Of a stretch of 64,000 bases of DNA, positions 62,032 through 64,000 are shown one piece after another (position 1 is the first letter of the stretch; each line of letters opens with the position of its first letter). Where the stretch lies: positions 4,078,838 through 4,142,837 of the forward strand of contig NC_068997.1 of NCBI RefSeq assembly GCF_001194135.2, read 5' to 3'. Position numbers and translations under genes: made by a program. This DNA comes from Octopus bimaculoides. Taxonomy: Eukaryota. The notes beneath the pieces were generated by a model that worked only from the letters and a program-made list of their open reading frames with translations, ran no database searches and was not told the origin of the DNA.

Positions 62032-63659
62032 ATACATACATAAATGCATGCGTGCGTGCATGTATACATACATAAATACATGCATACATACATACATACA
62101 TACATACATACATACATACATACATACGTACGTACGTACATATATCGCAGGAAAGGAGGCCGACATATTAAATTATCTTTATTTGTGAAAGTTCTATAAT
62201 ATTAAATATTTTAATGATTACCTCAAAAGAATGTATTTATTTTGGAAGTAATTAAAGTGAGATAGAGACTATGTTATAGGGTTACGATAACCATGTATTA
62301 TTACAAAACAAAGATGAATCTGTTTGTGTTTCAATATTTACTGTGATATCTCTGTGTTATTGCAAAACTTTAATGAATGGAAATGAGATTGAATATTTGT
62401 TGTGGTAGTTCTGTATCACGGCAAAAATGGAATGTAACTAAGATTCAATAGTTGCCGTGGAAGTCATGTATATATTAATGGAAAACTTCAACGGAATTGA
62501 GAAGAAATATTTGTAGCGCAGTAACAGCAAAACCGAAGATTTCGATCACTCTGTATTTGCAAGAGTCACTTTTGTCGACTGTGTCGCAATATATGATAAG
62601 GCTTAGTCACAAAAAAGACTAGTTGCCGAAATATCTGGTAGACGTATGACGGGCACAATCCACTACACCTGGCTTCCTACACATCATCATCCTGAGAACA
62701 AGTTCAAATGCCACCAATAGAAAGATCTCCTCCAACGCTATCTATAGACCAGGTGGTAGTGTTAATCCGGGGAATATATTACGATTCACCTGTATATATA
62801 TATATATATATATATNNNNNNNNNNNNNNNNNNNNNNNNNNNNNNNNNNNNNNNNNNNNNNNNNNNNNNNNNNNNNNNNNNNNNNNNNNNNNNNNNNNNN
62901 NNNNNNNNNNNNNNNNNNNNNNNNNNNNNNNNNNNNNNNNNNNNNNNNNNNNNNNNNNNNNNNNNNNNNNNNNNNNNNNNNNNNNNNNNNNNNNNNNNNN
63001 NNNNNNNNNNNNNNNNNNNNNNNNNNNNNNNNNNNNNNNNNNNNNNNNNNNNNNNNNNNNNNNNNNNNNNNNNNNNNNNNNNNNNNNNNNNNNNNNNNNN
63101 NNNNNNNNNNNNNNNNNNNNNNNNNNNNNNNNNNNNNNNNNNNNNNNNNNNNNNNNNNNNNNNNNNNNNNNNNNNNNNNNNNNNNNNNNNNNNNNNNNNN
63201 NNNNNNNNNNNNNNNNNNNNNNNNNNNNNNNNNNNNNNNNNNNNNNNNNNNNNNNNNNNNNNNNNNNNNNNNNNNNNNNNNNNNNNNNNNNNNNNNNNNN
63301 NNNNNNNNNNNNNNNNNNNNNNNNNNNNNNNNNNNNNNNNNNNNNNNNNNNNNNNNNNNNNNNNNNNNNNNNNNNNNNNNNNNNNNNNNNNNNNNNNNNN
63401 NNNNNNNNNNNNNNNNNNNNNNNNNNNNNNNNNNNNNNNNNNNNNNNNNNNNNNNNNNNNNNNNNNNNNNNNNNNNNNNNNNNNNNNNNNNNNNNNNNNN
63501 NNNNNNNNNNNNNNNNNNNNNNNNNNNNNNNNNNNNNNNNNNNNNNNNNNNNNNNNNNNNNNNNNNNNNNNNNNNNNNNNNNNNNNNNNNNNNNNNNNNN
63601 NNNNNNNNNNNNNNNNNNNNNNNNNNNNNNNNNNNNNNNNNNNNNNNNNNNNNNNNNNN

Positions 63660-63733
<74 letters not shown>
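63660..63733. repeat. (CT)n next to the largest gap
   Basis: Read directly. Confidence 0.9.
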
Positions 63734-63742
<9 letters not shown>

Positions 63743-64000
63743 GTCACCCTCACTCTGTCTATCTACCTCCGGTTTAATCACATTTTACCACGGTCGTTCC
63801 ACCTCAGAACTGCTTTAATAGTACTCGTGCTCTCAGAATGCTCCACCACTTTCATGTTAAGTTTAGGAGAAGGCATTTGAACACATAAAAGTTGTCGTCC
63901 CAAATCTTGTATGCAGCATGAACCGAGGTATTAAGCCGATAACAAAATAATGAAGTGCATAATATATGTAACTTAATTATATATATATATATATATATAT

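Overview
AT-rich, N-gapped eukaryotic scaffold. From recall of the tRNA-derived SINE families, microsatellite load and LINE types, it looks most like an octopod cephalopod genome; this is an inference, not a database result. I found no supportable host protein-coding exon, rRNA, true tRNA or CRISPR array, and most ORFs in the track are translated microsatellites. The window is dominated by transposable elements: three abundant tRNA-headed SINE families (here called A, B and C) plus a fourth unclassified repeat (D); a pogo/POGK-like DNA transposon with both TIRs and a 379-aa ORF (29561-31655); three copies of an internally deleted DD37D (maT) transposon; a rosa-like relic; a decayed Helitron with an intact 3' end; and fragments of RTE, CR1/L2, R4/Dong and Tx1-like LINEs. 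The two most interesting observations are (1) a ~235-bp fold-back carrying two oppositely oriented minimal type-I hammerhead ribozyme motifs of the Penelope type (36064-36345), and (2) several retroelements associated with the (AAT/ATT)n microsatellite: Dong-like ends embedded in it, a Tx1-like LINE ending in it, and a SINE with a similar 3' tail that chains head-to-tail through it.
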